Part shown: one piece after another, positions 1 to 8,820 of the stretch | Layout: each line of letters starts with the position of its first letter | Position numbering within the stretch: the first letter of the stretch is position 1 | Origin: Erysipelothrix larvae | GTDB lineage: Bacteria; Bacillota_I; Bacilli_A; Erysipelotrichales; Erysipelotrichaceae | DNA length: 32,000 nucleotides | Reading direction: 5' to 3' | Assembly: GCF_001545095.1 (NCBI RefSeq) | Contig: NZ_CP013213.1 | Coordinates: 270,001-302,000, forward strand | Program-made: the position numbers and the translations under genes | The notes under the pieces: generated by a model | What the model was told of the DNA's origin: nothing | The model's database searches: none | Seen by the model: only the letters and a program-made list of their open reading frames with translations

Positions 1-163
1 TAGCCAATAATGTGATTTGAGATTAATGAAATTAATAACTAACAGCGAAAAAAGACATTTATAGCAAAATGGATTGGAATATAATACGATCAAATGATGA
101 ATAGGATTCGTTAGAAAAAATGAATTTCGTTTGACATGAATGATTTCTATATCAAACCAAAGA

Positions 164-193
164 TTGATTGGGGAAGACGATATTAACTATAAT
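164..193 (+). promoter_or_regulatory. Candidate sigma-A-type promoter at the head of the ~500-nt leader of the polysaccharide operon
   Basis: TTGATT at 164-169, 18-nt spacer, TATAAT at 188-193. No credible CDS before 697. Motif match only. Confidence 0.3.
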
Positions 194-305
194 TATCACA
201 CATTTTCGCTTATTAAGTGTTTAATGGGTTATTATTTTTTAATTCAGAATTTAGATAAATAGTCGTTCTATATCAAATTGATTGACTTAACATTCAGTTT
301 CATGC

Positions 306-355
306 AGCAGATTTCTATTTTTTTGAGAGCGTGGTAAAAAAAATACAAATCTGCT
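306..355. repeat. Long AT-rich inverted repeat (stem-loop) in the operon leader
   Basis: GCAGATTTCTATTTTTTT (307-324) pairs with AAAAAAATACAAATCTGC (337-354): 18 bp with one C/C mismatch and a 12-nt loop. No U-tract follows on either strand, so it is not a classic terminator. Confidence 0.6.
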
Positions 356-696
356 AGAATTTAGAGGTAATCTTATAAGTTGATGTGGCAATGGGTGGAA
401 TTCCAAGGGGTAGTGCCATTTAATTCTTTTATTGTATCTTTAAGTTTTTTAAAGTGTTTTTACATATTATTGAGCGGATTATTTACTACTCTTACAGCGG
501 GATTCTTAAAATTAGTCTATATGCGTGAATGTTCATTCACAAAGCATAACAGTCTACTTAAGAAATCTCGCTTTTTTAGTTTTTTTATCGCGATGTATCT
601 TAGGTATGCCTGTGAAGAACACTAATTATATTGTCCTTCATATCAAAGGTTTGAAAGAGAGTTGCCATAGTTTCATTATGGAAACGGGAGGTAAAT

Positions 697-1422
697 GTGG
701 AACCTAAGAATAACATAAAAATGAATCAGGAAGAAGAAATAAGCATTGTTGATCTTTTGGGGGTAATCCGATCAAAACTTGTGCAAATTGCAATTGTGGG
801 GGTTGCGTTTGCATTGTTTGCTTATATATTTTCTGTATTCTTTATTAATCCGGTATACGAAAGTAATGCGGTACTTATTGTAACCAACCGAAAAGATTCT
901 GGAGGAAGTTCAATTACGAATGATGAAATTACATCTGCCAAGAATCTTGCATCAGTTTATAGCATTATCATCAAGAGTAATAACGTGATGGGAAATGTGG
1001 TGAATAATTTGTCGCTTGACATTACACCAGAGTCACTTGCAAAGAAAGTCACTGTTTCTGCAGTAGATAGTACACAAGTAATCCGTGTGTCTGTGCGTGA
1101 TACTGATAAAAAGGCAGCACTTCGCTATACTCAAGAAATAGTGAATGTCGCACCAGATATAATTGTAGAACTTGTAGGTGCTGGTTCAGTGGGAGTTGTA
1201 TCAACACCACAGTTGCCAACATCTCCGGTCTCACCTAATGTTCGTATGAATACATTAGTTGCTTTTGTATTGGGGCTAGCACTTAGTATCGGAATCGTTC
1301 TAATTAAGCACTTCTTAGATCGAACATATAAAATCCCTGAAAATGTTGAAGAAGAGTTGGGATTTCCAGTTATTGGTATTATTCCCAATTTTGAAGATGC
1401 AAGCCGAGGTATGAGAAAATGA
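697..1422 (+). CDS. Wzz/CpsC-type polysaccharide co-polymerase, the transmembrane activator of the BY-kinase (YwqC/CapA-like)
   Basis: GTG start 7 nt after GGGAGG. Wzz-type N-terminus (ISIVDLLGVIRSKL followed by TM helix IAIVGVAFALFAYIFSVFF) and a second TM near the C-terminus (LVAFVLGLALSIGIVLI). 4-bp ATGA overlap with the kinase gene. Confidence 0.9.
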   Translation: MEPKNNIKMNQEEEISIVDLLGVIRSKLVQIAIVGVAFALFAYIFSVFFINPVYESNAVLIVTNRKDSGGSSITNDEITSAKNLASVYSIIIKSNNVMGNVVNNLSLDITPESLAKKVTVSAVDSTQVIRVSVRDTDKKAALRYTQEIVNVAPDIIVELVGAGSVGVVSTPQLPTSPVSPNVRMNTLVAFVLGLALSIGIVLIKHFLDRTYKIPENVEEELGFPVIGIIPNFEDASRGMRK

Positions 1423-2153
1423 TCAGTTTTAAGAAAAGAAATAAGCAAGTCAAGAAGAATAAAACATACATTTTAAGTAACAAGTCTCCCTTTGCATATC
1501 TAGAAGGGTATAAGTCGTTAAGAACAAATTTAAGCTTTTTGACCTTTAGTGGTGAAGTGAAAACAATACTTGTGACAAGTTCTGTGCCGAATGAAGGGAA
1601 GAGTACCGTTTCAATAAATGTTGCACGTACATTATCGATGGCGGGTCATAAGGTACTGTTAATTGATGCGGATTTGAGAGCCCCTGTAATCCAAAAGTAC
1701 CTAAATGTAAACTATAAAATTACCAGTGGATTATCCTCGGTACTTGCGAGCAAAGCTCAAATTAAAGACGCAATTTATAAAAGTCCTAGTCTTGAAATGG
1801 ATGTCATCTTCTCAGGACCGATTCCACCAAATGCCGTGGAGTTACTTTCAAGGGATCGCGCAAAGACCTCGATTGAAACACTTCGAAAACGCTATGACTA
1901 TATCATCATAGACTCACCACCAGCTGGGGTAGTAACAGACTCGGTAGTATTGTCTCAACATGTTGATGGCGTTCTTTATGTGGTAAGACAAAATCATGCG
2001 GAAAAAGAACTAGTTAAAAATGCTATGAAAGATCTGGTATCGATGGAAGCGAATATTCTAGGTATTATTTTTAATGATTATATAGATGAGAGATCAAAAC
2101 GCAAAGGCAGTCGGGATAAGTACTCCTACTATTATCAAAGTGGTAATAAATAG
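1419..2153 (+). CDS. CpsD/YwqD/CapB-type bacterial tyrosine kinase (BY-kinase)
   Basis: Walker A SSVPNEGKST, Walker A' LLIDADLR, Walker B YIIIDSPP, C-terminal tyrosine cluster KYSYYYQSG. Confidence 0.92.
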   Translation: MISFKKRNKQVKKNKTYILSNKSPFAYLEGYKSLRTNLSFLTFSGEVKTILVTSSVPNEGKSTVSINVARTLSMAGHKVLLIDADLRAPVIQKYLNVNYKITSGLSSVLASKAQIKDAIYKSPSLEMDVIFSGPIPPNAVELLSRDRAKTSIETLRKRYDYIIIDSPPAGVVTDSVVLSQHVDGVLYVVRQNHAEKELVKNAMKDLVSMEANILGIIFNDYIDERSKRKGSRDKYSYYYQSGNK

Positions 2154-2721
2154 AATTTTATGAAGTCGTACTTACCGAGGAATGACGAAGCAGGAATGCG
2201 TAAGCCAATTGAGTAAATGAACCATTTATGGGGGGATCAAATGCAAGTTAGAAATTGATTGATATGATATTATTTATAGAATATATTGGATACATTTTTT
2301 TCGTTAATAATTAAGAAGATTAAGCATTTGCAGTGAGGTAGTGTGTAGAGATGTTTTTGCAGTAACACATTCTTTAACTTATAAACAACTCAATTGATTT
2401 TAAAAAAGGAAAATAATTTCATGATGAGTTTTAGCATATAAGAAGAATGTTAATCAAGAGATTAAGAGACAAGTAATTGGGATAACTCAAAAAATGAAAT
2501 ATCCGCACTTGGAAAATTTGAAACAAATATAATAAATCAATTGAAAGTAGCGCAAAACGTAATTTCAAACAAACTCGTAGTATGTTCACTGATTCTACTC
2601 GGTTGTCTTATCCATTTTGACATTGATAGTTTTTAAAAAGAGAGCGCGAGTATTAATGTTTATTCAGATTTTGTCTATAGATTATCAAATTGTAAGTACG
2701 GAAAGTTGTAAGGTGAAAGGA

Positions 2722-3414
2722 ATGAATAGAACGAATACTGTTTTAAAAAGTGAATATGACGAAATAAAATATGAAAATGGAGATAATTTTGACTCTTTCG
2801 AGAACTTAAGTCAGGAGATTGGTGTGTCTTTTTTATTTTTATTTATTAAAAGAGTTATTGATTTAATACTCTCTGCGATTTTCCTTGTTCCATCTCTGTT
2901 AATCGTGCTACTAACAGGTTTGGCTGTTAAGTTAGATTCAAAGGGTCCAATTTTGTTTAAACAAGAACGGTTTGGGAAAGACGGAGAGTCATTTACTATT
3001 TTCAAAATAAGAACAATGTCTCATGCTCCTTTGGATAAATCAAGGGATATGGTTTGGACAACTAAAAATGATTGTAGAATTACTAAGGTAGGGAAAATAA
3101 TTAGAAAAATACGATTTGATGAGCTACCACAAGTGATAAATGTGATCAAAGGAGAAATGAGTTTTGTAGGACCACGTCCTGAAACAATAGCACTAACAAA
3201 TAAGTTTAATCAGACTATTCCCGGCTTCTATAAGAGACTTGCTGTAAAGCCAGGGATTACTGGACTAGCTCAAGTCAATGGTGGATATGACCTAAACCCA
3301 AAAGAAAAATTAGCTTATGATTTAAAATACATTAACGATGCGAGCTTATGGTTGGACCTTAAAATCCTGTTTATGACTTTCAAGGTCATTTTCTTTAAAG
3401 AAGGTGCGAGATAA
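2722..3414 (+). CDS. Small monotopic phosphoglycosyl transferase (bacterial sugar transferase family, PglC/EpsL-like), the initiating enzyme of the repeat unit
   Basis: ATG 2722 is preceded by AAAGG. The track ORF starts at an upstream TTG (2617) with no RBS. One hydrophobic helix (LILSAIFLVPSLLIVLLTGLAV), then KGPILFKQERFG, the catalytic Asp-Glu in RFDELPQ, SFVGPRP and GITGLAQV. Confidence 0.9.
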   Translation: MNRTNTVLKSEYDEIKYENGDNFDSFENLSQEIGVSFLFLFIKRVIDLILSAIFLVPSLLIVLLTGLAVKLDSKGPILFKQERFGKDGESFTIFKIRTMSHAPLDKSRDMVWTTKNDCRITKVGKIIRKIRFDELPQVINVIKGEMSFVGPRPETIALTNKFNQTIPGFYKRLAVKPGITGLAQVNGGYDLNPKEKLAYDLKYINDASLWLDLKILFMTFKVIFFKEGAR

Positions 3415-3488
3415 CGATCTGTTCAAATAAGAGAGAATGACTTATAAAGAAAAATGGAAAGGAACTTTTTACTTCACGGGGGGATTAA

Positions 3489-4763
3489 ATGAGAAAAGCG
3501 TATACTGACAAGAAGGTTTGGATGTTTCATCACTATGCAACTCCACCAACAATGAGTGGACTTACAAGGCCATACGAGTTTTCAAAGCAATTGCATAAAT
3601 ATGGTTATTCATCCAGAGTATTCTCGGCTTCATACCTTCATTATACTGGTGATAATTTGATTGAAGATGATTCATTATACATTGAAGATAATGACTCGAT
3701 GGTTCCATTTACGTTTATAAAGACATATCCATCATCTAGTAATGGCTTAAAAAGAGTTTTGAATATGGTGTCTTATTATAGGAACCTTATAAAAACAGCA
3801 AAAGTGCTCATAAAGAAAGGGAACATACCAGATATTATCATTGCCTCCTCACCACATCCATTAACAATGTTTGCAGGGCTCAAATTATCTAGGAAAATTG
3901 GAGTGCCATGCATTTGTGAAGTACGTGATTTTTGGCCTGAGGTGTTCTTTCATGGCGGAAGACTGAATGAAAATGGACTTGTTGGAAAAATGTTATTACG
4001 GGGAGAACGCTGGATTTATAAAAAATCTGATGCATTAATCTTTCTAAAAGAAGGTGATGTTACATATATCACCGATAAAGGATGGTCTACTTTGCAAGGT
4101 GGAAATGTTGACACTAATAAGTGCCATTACATTAACAATGGAATCGATTTAAAAGAGTTCACTGAGAATAAGGTGAAGCATAGTTATAGTGATCTTGATT
4201 TAGGTGGCGAAAAGTTCAATGTGATTTATATTGGAGCGATTCGACCGGTAAACAATGTTGGAAACATTGTAGATGCTGCAAAGTTATTAGCAAACTATGA
4301 GGATATCCAATTTCTAATTTATGGAGATGGAAACGAACTAGAATCACTAAGAGAGCGAGTTATTGAGGAACAAATTACTAACGTAAAATTAAAAGGATAT
4401 GTTGATAAAAAGTATGTATCTACCATTTTGAGTAATTCTTCAGTGAATATCTTGAACTATTCTCAAAGTAGGTATAATTGGTCTAGAGGTAATAGCTCAA
4501 ATAAACTATTTGAGTACATGGCATCAGGAAAACCAATAATATCAACAGTCAAAATAGGATATTCACCAATTGAAAAATACAACTGTGGCATTACACTAGC
4601 GCAAGATACATCTATAGCGCTTGCTGATGGGATACTAGAAATCTATAATATGTCAAAAGATGAATATTTAACGATGAGCAACAATGCGATTGAAGGTGCA
4701 AAAGATTTTGATTATGTAGAACTCACAAAGAAATTAGTGTCAGTCATGGAAAGAGAATTTTAA
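3489..4763 (+). CDS. Glycosyltransferase family 4, WbuB-like
   Basis: G-rich RBS. N-terminus WMFHHYATPPTMSGLTRPYEF is typical of WbuB-like GT4 enzymes. The C-terminal half looks GT-B (NVIYIGAIRP, NKLFEYMASGKPIIS). Confidence 0.8.
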   Translation: MRKAYTDKKVWMFHHYATPPTMSGLTRPYEFSKQLHKYGYSSRVFSASYLHYTGDNLIEDDSLYIEDNDSMVPFTFIKTYPSSSNGLKRVLNMVSYYRNLIKTAKVLIKKGNIPDIIIASSPHPLTMFAGLKLSRKIGVPCICEVRDFWPEVFFHGGRLNENGLVGKMLLRGERWIYKKSDALIFLKEGDVTYITDKGWSTLQGGNVDTNKCHYINNGIDLKEFTENKVKHSYSDLDLGGEKFNVIYIGAIRPVNNVGNIVDAAKLLANYEDIQFLIYGDGNELESLRERVIEEQITNVKLKGYVDKKYVSTILSNSSVNILNYSQSRYNWSRGNSSNKLFEYMASGKPIISTVKIGYSPIEKYNCGITLAQDTSIALADGILEIYNMSKDEYLTMSNNAIEGAKDFDYVELTKKLVSVMEREF

Positions 4764-5141
4764 TGATTCAATGTTCTAATACACTTGTCAGAGACTGTGA
4801 CTCAGCAAGCATAGGATTGACATTACATTTCACTCAGACTATCTAAAACAGTAAAATGATAAATTGAATAACGATGCATAGACTCACTTTTTAATTGGGT
4901 TAATAGATCAAGAACTGTTTTTCAGGGTGTTAAGTATAAAACCTTTCGTTTATCTTTGGAATTAGTGAATGCGAAAAATAAATCCAATGATTCAAAGACA
5001 ATGGGGAATAAGAGAAGCATATCAAGAAGTGATATGTCCCGATTTCGGTAGAAATCATAATATATAGACAAGGCGTAAAAGTAAGGTAAAACAGGTATTC
5101 AAATAATAAAAAGTGATTCATTAGGATACTAAGGGGGAAAT

Positions 5142-6371
5142 ATGAAACCAAATTTAAATGTAATTGGATTAGGTTATATAGGATTGCCGACAGCGTTGAT
5201 GTTTGCAAAGAACGGTGTTGATGTTGTAGGTACTGATTTGAATAATAAACTTGTCGAGTCACTATCTAAAGGCGATTTAACGTTTGAGGAGGATGGGCTT
5301 GAGTCTTTATTTAGTGAAGCAAGAAATAACGGAATTAAATTCACTACGGAATACTTTAAAACCAATATTTATATTGTTGCAGTCCCAACTCCATATGAAA
5401 GTTCAAGTAAAAAATTGGATCCGAAGTATGTTATTGCTGCAGTAAATAATATATTAGATATATGTGAGCCACAATCAATTATCATTATTGAGTCTACAAT
5501 TTCACCTGGTTCTATTGATAAGTATATTCGTCCAATTATCGAGAACAGAAACATAACCATTGGCAAGGATGTTCATTTAGTTCATGCACCCGAGAGAATC
5601 ATTCCAGGGAATATGATTTACGAACTAGAACACAATTCGCGAACCATAGGAGCAGATGATGCTTCTATTGGAGAAAAGGTAAAGGAACTCTATGCCACTT
5701 TCTGTAAATCTGAAATTGTTGTAACTGATATAAGATCAGCAGAAATGTCAAAAGTTGTTGAAAATACATTTAGGGATGTAAATATAGCATTCAGTAATGA
5801 GTTAGCAAAAATTTGCAGGTCTGATGATATGGATGTTTATGAGATAATTCGAATTGCCAATTTTCATCCAAGAGTCAATATATTACAACCGGGTCCTGGA
5901 GTTGGCGGGCATTGTATATCTGTAGATCCATGGTTCTTAGTAGGGGATTATCCTGATTTGGCAAACTTGATCCATACTGCAAGAAAAGTCAATGATTCAA
6001 TGCCTGTGCACGTAATAGGCAGGATACAAGATATAATGAGCGACAATGGAATTAATGATATTTCTAAAGTTGGAATATATGGGTTAACGTATAAAGAGAA
6101 TGTTGATGACACACGAGAAAGTCCAACCCTTCAGTTGCTTGAAAAAATGGAAAATCACTTAGCAAGTAGGATCAAAGTGTATGATCCATACGTTAAAGAG
6201 AAAATAGTAGAGTGTCAAGTTATGGATTTTGAAGATTTCTTAAATGATGTTGAGCTTCTAGTTATAATTACAGCTCATGATCATATCAAGAGTAGTCTTA
6301 ACATAGTAAAACATAAATTGATCCTTGACACAAAAAATATCTGTGATTTTGATGGCATCTACAAACTTTAA
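5142..6371 (+). CDS. wecC: UDP-N-acetyl-D-mannosamine dehydrogenase (Cap5O/WecC type nucleotide-sugar dehydrogenase)
   Basis: RBS AAGGGGGA. N-terminal Rossmann segment VIGLGYIGLPTA matches the WecC/Cap5O N-terminus as I recall it. Catalytic Cys region GPGVGGHCISVDP. Followed directly by the 2-epimerase gene, as in cap5O-cap5P. Confidence 0.9.
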   Translation: MKPNLNVIGLGYIGLPTALMFAKNGVDVVGTDLNNKLVESLSKGDLTFEEDGLESLFSEARNNGIKFTTEYFKTNIYIVAVPTPYESSSKKLDPKYVIAAVNNILDICEPQSIIIIESTISPGSIDKYIRPIIENRNITIGKDVHLVHAPERIIPGNMIYELEHNSRTIGADDASIGEKVKELYATFCKSEIVVTDIRSAEMSKVVENTFRDVNIAFSNELAKICRSDDMDVYEIIRIANFHPRVNILQPGPGVGGHCISVDPWFLVGDYPDLANLIHTARKVNDSMPVHVIGRIQDIMSDNGINDISKVGIYGLTYKENVDDTRESPTLQLLEKMENHLASRIKVYDPYVKEKIVECQVMDFEDFLNDVELLVIITAHDHIKSSLNIVKHKLILDTKNICDFDGIYKL

Positions 6372-6388
6372 GAATGGACTAATTAAAA

Positions 6389-6435
6389 ATGAAAAAAGTA
6401 ATGGTGGTCTTTGGCACTAGACCAGAAGCGATAAA
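6389..6435 (+). pseudogene. wecB: 5' fragment (first 15 codons plus 2 nt) of UDP-N-acetylglucosamine 2-epimerase, cut by the IS
   Basis: ATG 6389 encodes MKKVMVVFGTRPEAI, the conserved GTRPEAIK N-terminus of WecB/MnaA. The frame is lost at 6436 where the IS terminus begins. Confidence 0.9.
6431..6435. repeat. Target-site duplication ATAAA (left copy)
   Basis: ATAAA lies immediately outside the TGTATTTGT terminus. An identical pentamer sits at 8816-8820. Confidence 0.85.
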
Positions 6436-6490
6436 TGTATTTGTCAACTGAATAATGGTCCAAATCTCAATTGAAAACTGGTCCACTACC
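6436..6490. repeat. IS21 terminal inverted repeat (istB-distal end) with internal TGGTCCA repeats
   Basis: TGTATTTGTCAACTGAATAATGGTCCAAATCTCAATTGAAAACTGGTCCACTA matches the reverse complement of 8761-8815. Nine terminal bp and a 24-bp block (TCTCAATTGAAAACTGGTCCACTA) are identical. TGGTCCA occurs twice (6456-6462, 6478-6484), like the multiple terminal repeats of IS21. Confidence 0.9.
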
Positions 6491-6495
6491 GTTTG

Positions 6496-7242
6496 TCATT
6501 CTTTGCTCTTTAGCCAAGCAATTGTTTCTTCAACACGATAACTCTCTCCACTCATATTTAATAGATGTGATTTATAGGTTAAGCGGTCGACTAGAGCAGT
6601 TGTTAGAATGGGGTCTTTGAATATTTCTTCCCATCTATCGAACATTAAATTTGTTGTAATAATCATAGAGCCCACTGTTATTCTATTTGAGATTAGATTG
6701 AATAGAATTTCACTTCCTTCTTTATCAAATGATACATAGCCGAGTTCATCAAGAATTACTAGATCAAATTTTTCAAACTTCTTTTTGTATTGCGTAATTT
6801 GATTTTTTGACATAGCTTCTTTTAACTCTATAATTAGATTAGGAACGCTGATAAATAGCACTTTTTTATTTTCTAGACAAGCTTTGATTCCAAGTGCGGT
6901 CGCATAATGTGTTTTTCCCATTCCAGGATTACTCATTAAGATAATGTTTTCTTTATTTTCTATAAAGTTCAATGTTTCCAGTTCTTTAAACTTTCGTTTT
7001 AATTCTGAATTAAATTTTACAGTCGTAAAATCCTCCAATGTCTTGTTTTGAGGAAATCGAGCAGCACGAATGCGTTGTTTTATTCCGTTGTCACGACGAT
7101 TGTTTCGTTCGCAATAAAGCAGTTCGTTAAGAAATTCTTGAAAATCCAATCCTTTGTGTTTCGCTTCCTGTATTGCTGCTTCATAGTGTGTTTTTATGAA
7201 TGAAAGTTTTAATTCTTTTGACAATTGTTCAATTGTTTCCAT
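6496..7242 (-). CDS. istB: IS21-family helper ATPase IstB
   Basis: Walker A NPGMGKTH, Walker B LVILDELG. RBS GGAGA 11 nt after the istA stop. Typical ~250-aa IstB. Confidence 0.95.
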   Translation of the reverse strand: METIEQLSKELKLSFIKTHYEAAIQEAKHKGLDFQEFLNELLYCERNNRRDNGIKQRIRAARFPQNKTLEDFTTVKFNSELKRKFKELETLNFIENKENIILMSNPGMGKTHYATALGIKACLENKKVLFISVPNLIIELKEAMSKNQITQYKKKFEKFDLVILDELGYVSFDKEGSEILFNLISNRITVGSMIITTNLMFDRWEEIFKDPILTTALVDRLTYKSHLLNMSGESYRVEETIAWLKSKE

Positions 7243-7253
7243 TAATTTATCTC

Positions 7254-8702
7254 CTAGTGCATTAATTGGCTTATTTTCTTAAGTTGTTTACGTGATTGTT
7301 CTTGTATGCTGTCATCATACTCAACGGTGTCAATTGTATTTGAAACCAACCGATACTTTAAAGCATCTTTGAGCGTTTTATACGTTTCATTCCTGTTTTC
7401 TTGAAGAATTTCTATGAACTCTTTAGTTCTTGTTTTATAATGATTATGGTAGATGTTATAAAGCTCAGGATGTTGTTTTAGGACAAGTGAATTCTTTACA
7501 GATCCCGGCTTAGTCATCATTGTATTCAGATAGTGGTCCAACACAAGCTGATATTGATGATGACCATCTATCTTTTTATGTTCGTACACAAATGTGTGAT
7601 TTGAATAGATGCGTATCGAATTTACGGTGTTTTTGACCGTAACTCTTTTGTGTTGGAGATAGTCTGGGACTGAATAAAAATTATTTTCAACGTGTATACA
7701 ACCATACTTGTCAACACTATATACTTCGATATCAGCGAATTCATAAGGAATTCTGTAAGGTTGAAGTTCTTTCTTTTCATCTTCGATTGAACTCTTTATA
7801 TTGATTTCATCAAGAGTCTGTTCAAGATGAACACATGCCTCTTCAAATGTTTCAAACTTATAGTCCTTTGCGAATACACGATTTCGAATTACCTTAACAC
7901 TGTTTTCTACACTTCCTTTTTCATGACCACTTCGTATATTAGTCAGGTTAATTTCAAAATTATAATAGAGTGCCAGTTTGAGGCAATCATCATTAATTTC
8001 TTTTTCATAAGGCGTTATAAAGCGCTTCACGACGTTTCTCATATTGTCATATACAACTTCACCCCAAGAGCCTTTAGAATGCTCAAAGAAGCGAACATGT
8101 GCATCTATGAATACTTGTTTGCGTTGGTTTGGATATAAATATGCATACCGATATCCGCTTGCTGGTGATGAGAAAACAGCGAGATAATATGTTCTTGGTT
8201 CACCATTAATTAAAAGCTTTACTTCTCCAAAGTCAAACTCTAACCGCTCACCATATCGATAATCTTGTCGAATAAATGTTTCTCGTGAAGCTTGAATTTC
8301 ATGCACAAAATTTCGTATGGTTGTCTGACCAATATCATGTCCCTCGCTTTTGATAATTTCAAAAATTTGAGTGACTGTTAACTTTTGCTTATGATGTCTT
8401 CCTAGTAACATATCTTTATCTTTTTCTGAATCCATAATTTCAATGATGCGTGCTTGAATTTCTTGCGTTAACTTGCGCTTACCTCGTTTGCTTGCATCAT
8501 AGTGACGGTCCCCAACAATTTGATCAATGACTTCTACTTTTCTTTCGTCTGATAAATCATGATTATCAATCAATTGTATTTGACATTTATTATATTCCTG
8601 AAGATACCGTGCGACCGTCTTTCGGTCTATACCCAATTCAAGGGCAATCTTTCTGTTGGACCATCCTTTCTTTTTTAATGTGATAATTGAATATTTGCTC
8701 AT
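7254..8702 (-). CDS. istA: IS21-family transposase IstA
   Basis: ATG at 8702 preceded by GAGGTGAT; the track start at 8741 lacks an RBS. N-terminal HTH (KKGWSNRKIALELGIDRKTVARYL), followed by a long catalytic region I take to be the DDE domain by family context. Gene order is istA then istB. Confidence 0.93.
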   Translation of the reverse strand: MSKYSIITLKKKGWSNRKIALELGIDRKTVARYLQEYNKCQIQLIDNHDLSDERKVEVIDQIVGDRHYDASKRGKRKLTQEIQARIIEIMDSEKDKDMLLGRHHKQKLTVTQIFEIIKSEGHDIGQTTIRNFVHEIQASRETFIRQDYRYGERLEFDFGEVKLLINGEPRTYYLAVFSSPASGYRYAYLYPNQRKQVFIDAHVRFFEHSKGSWGEVVYDNMRNVVKRFITPYEKEINDDCLKLALYYNFEINLTNIRSGHEKGSVENSVKVIRNRVFAKDYKFETFEEACVHLEQTLDEINIKSSIEDEKKELQPYRIPYEFADIEVYSVDKYGCIHVENNFYSVPDYLQHKRVTVKNTVNSIRIYSNHTFVYEHKKIDGHHQYQLVLDHYLNTMMTKPGSVKNSLVLKQHPELYNIYHNHYKTRTKEFIEILQENRNETYKTLKDALKYRLVSNTIDTVEYDDSIQEQSRKQLKKISQLMH

Positions 8703-8760
8703 TTGTGATATCACCTCTTTCACCTCCAAAAGCATTATCACACACTTCTGAAGTTATAAA

Positions 8761-8815
8761 AATAGTGGACCAGTTTTCAATTGAGAATTGGCCCACTTTT
8801 AGATTAACAAATACA
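8761..8815. repeat. IS21 terminal inverted repeat (istA-proximal end)
   Basis: Reverse complement reads TGTATTTGTTAATCTAAAAGTGGGCCAATTCTCAATTGAAAACTGGTCCACTA and aligns with 6436-6490. Confidence 0.9.
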
Positions 8816-8820
8816 ATAAA
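8816..8820. repeat. Target-site duplication ATAAA (right copy)
   Basis: Identical to 6431-6435 and immediately outside the ACAAATACA terminus. Confidence 0.85.

Larger units (their letters stand above)
6436..8815 (-). mobile_element. IS21-family insertion sequence, 2380 bp, apparently intact
   Basis: Termini TGTATTTGT...ACAAATACA, ~53-bp imperfect inverted repeats, istA then istB on the minus strand, 5-bp direct repeat flanking. Size and gene pair fit IS21. Confidence 0.95.

Noticed and set aside
1-186. Possible minus-strand gene running off the left edge
   Set aside because: One reverse frame is stop-free from about 186 to 1, but it has only a TTG start and no RBS. Its translation (MIVLYSNPFCYKCLFSLLVINF…) looks like AT-rich noise.
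130-696. Invertible-promoter (phase-variable) switch upstream of the capsule operon
   Set aside because: The repeats I found are direct (TTCTATATCAAA) or form a single local hairpin. There is no pair of inverted repeats bracketing a promoter-sized segment, and no site-specific recombinase gene nearby.
380-707. Track ORFs 380-625 (81 aa) and 525-707 (60 aa) in the operon leader
   Set aside because: Phe/Leu-rich translations of T-rich non-coding DNA. No properly spaced RBS and no recognisable motif. They overlap each other and the RBS of the first real gene.
1049-1448. Minus-strand ORFs 1049-1234 and 1131-1448
   Set aside because: They lie entirely antisense within well-supported CpsC/CpsD coding sequence and have no motifs. 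The same reasoning applies to 2811-3005, 5174-5566, 9344-9580, 13258-13500, 14262-14498, 14770-15018, 16025-16930, 22680-22898, 24610-24792, 26507-26857, 27157-27478 and 29151-29761.
2617-2721. Upstream TTG start for the phosphoglycosyl transferase (265-aa version)
   Set aside because: No RBS before the TTG, and the extra 35 residues (MTLIVFKKRARVLMFIQILSIDYQIVSTESCKVKG) are not family-like. ATG 2722 has an AAAGG RBS and gives the usual ~230-aa monotopic enzyme.
4930-5262. 110-aa minus-strand ORF spanning the gap upstream of wecC
   Set aside because: It overlaps the wecC start and RBS, has a low-complexity Leu/Tyr/Ser-rich translation, no RBS and no motif.
7827-8138. 103-aa plus-strand ORF inside the IS
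   Set aside because: Antisense to istA. Phe/Ile-rich, which is typical of the reverse frame of an AT-rich gene.
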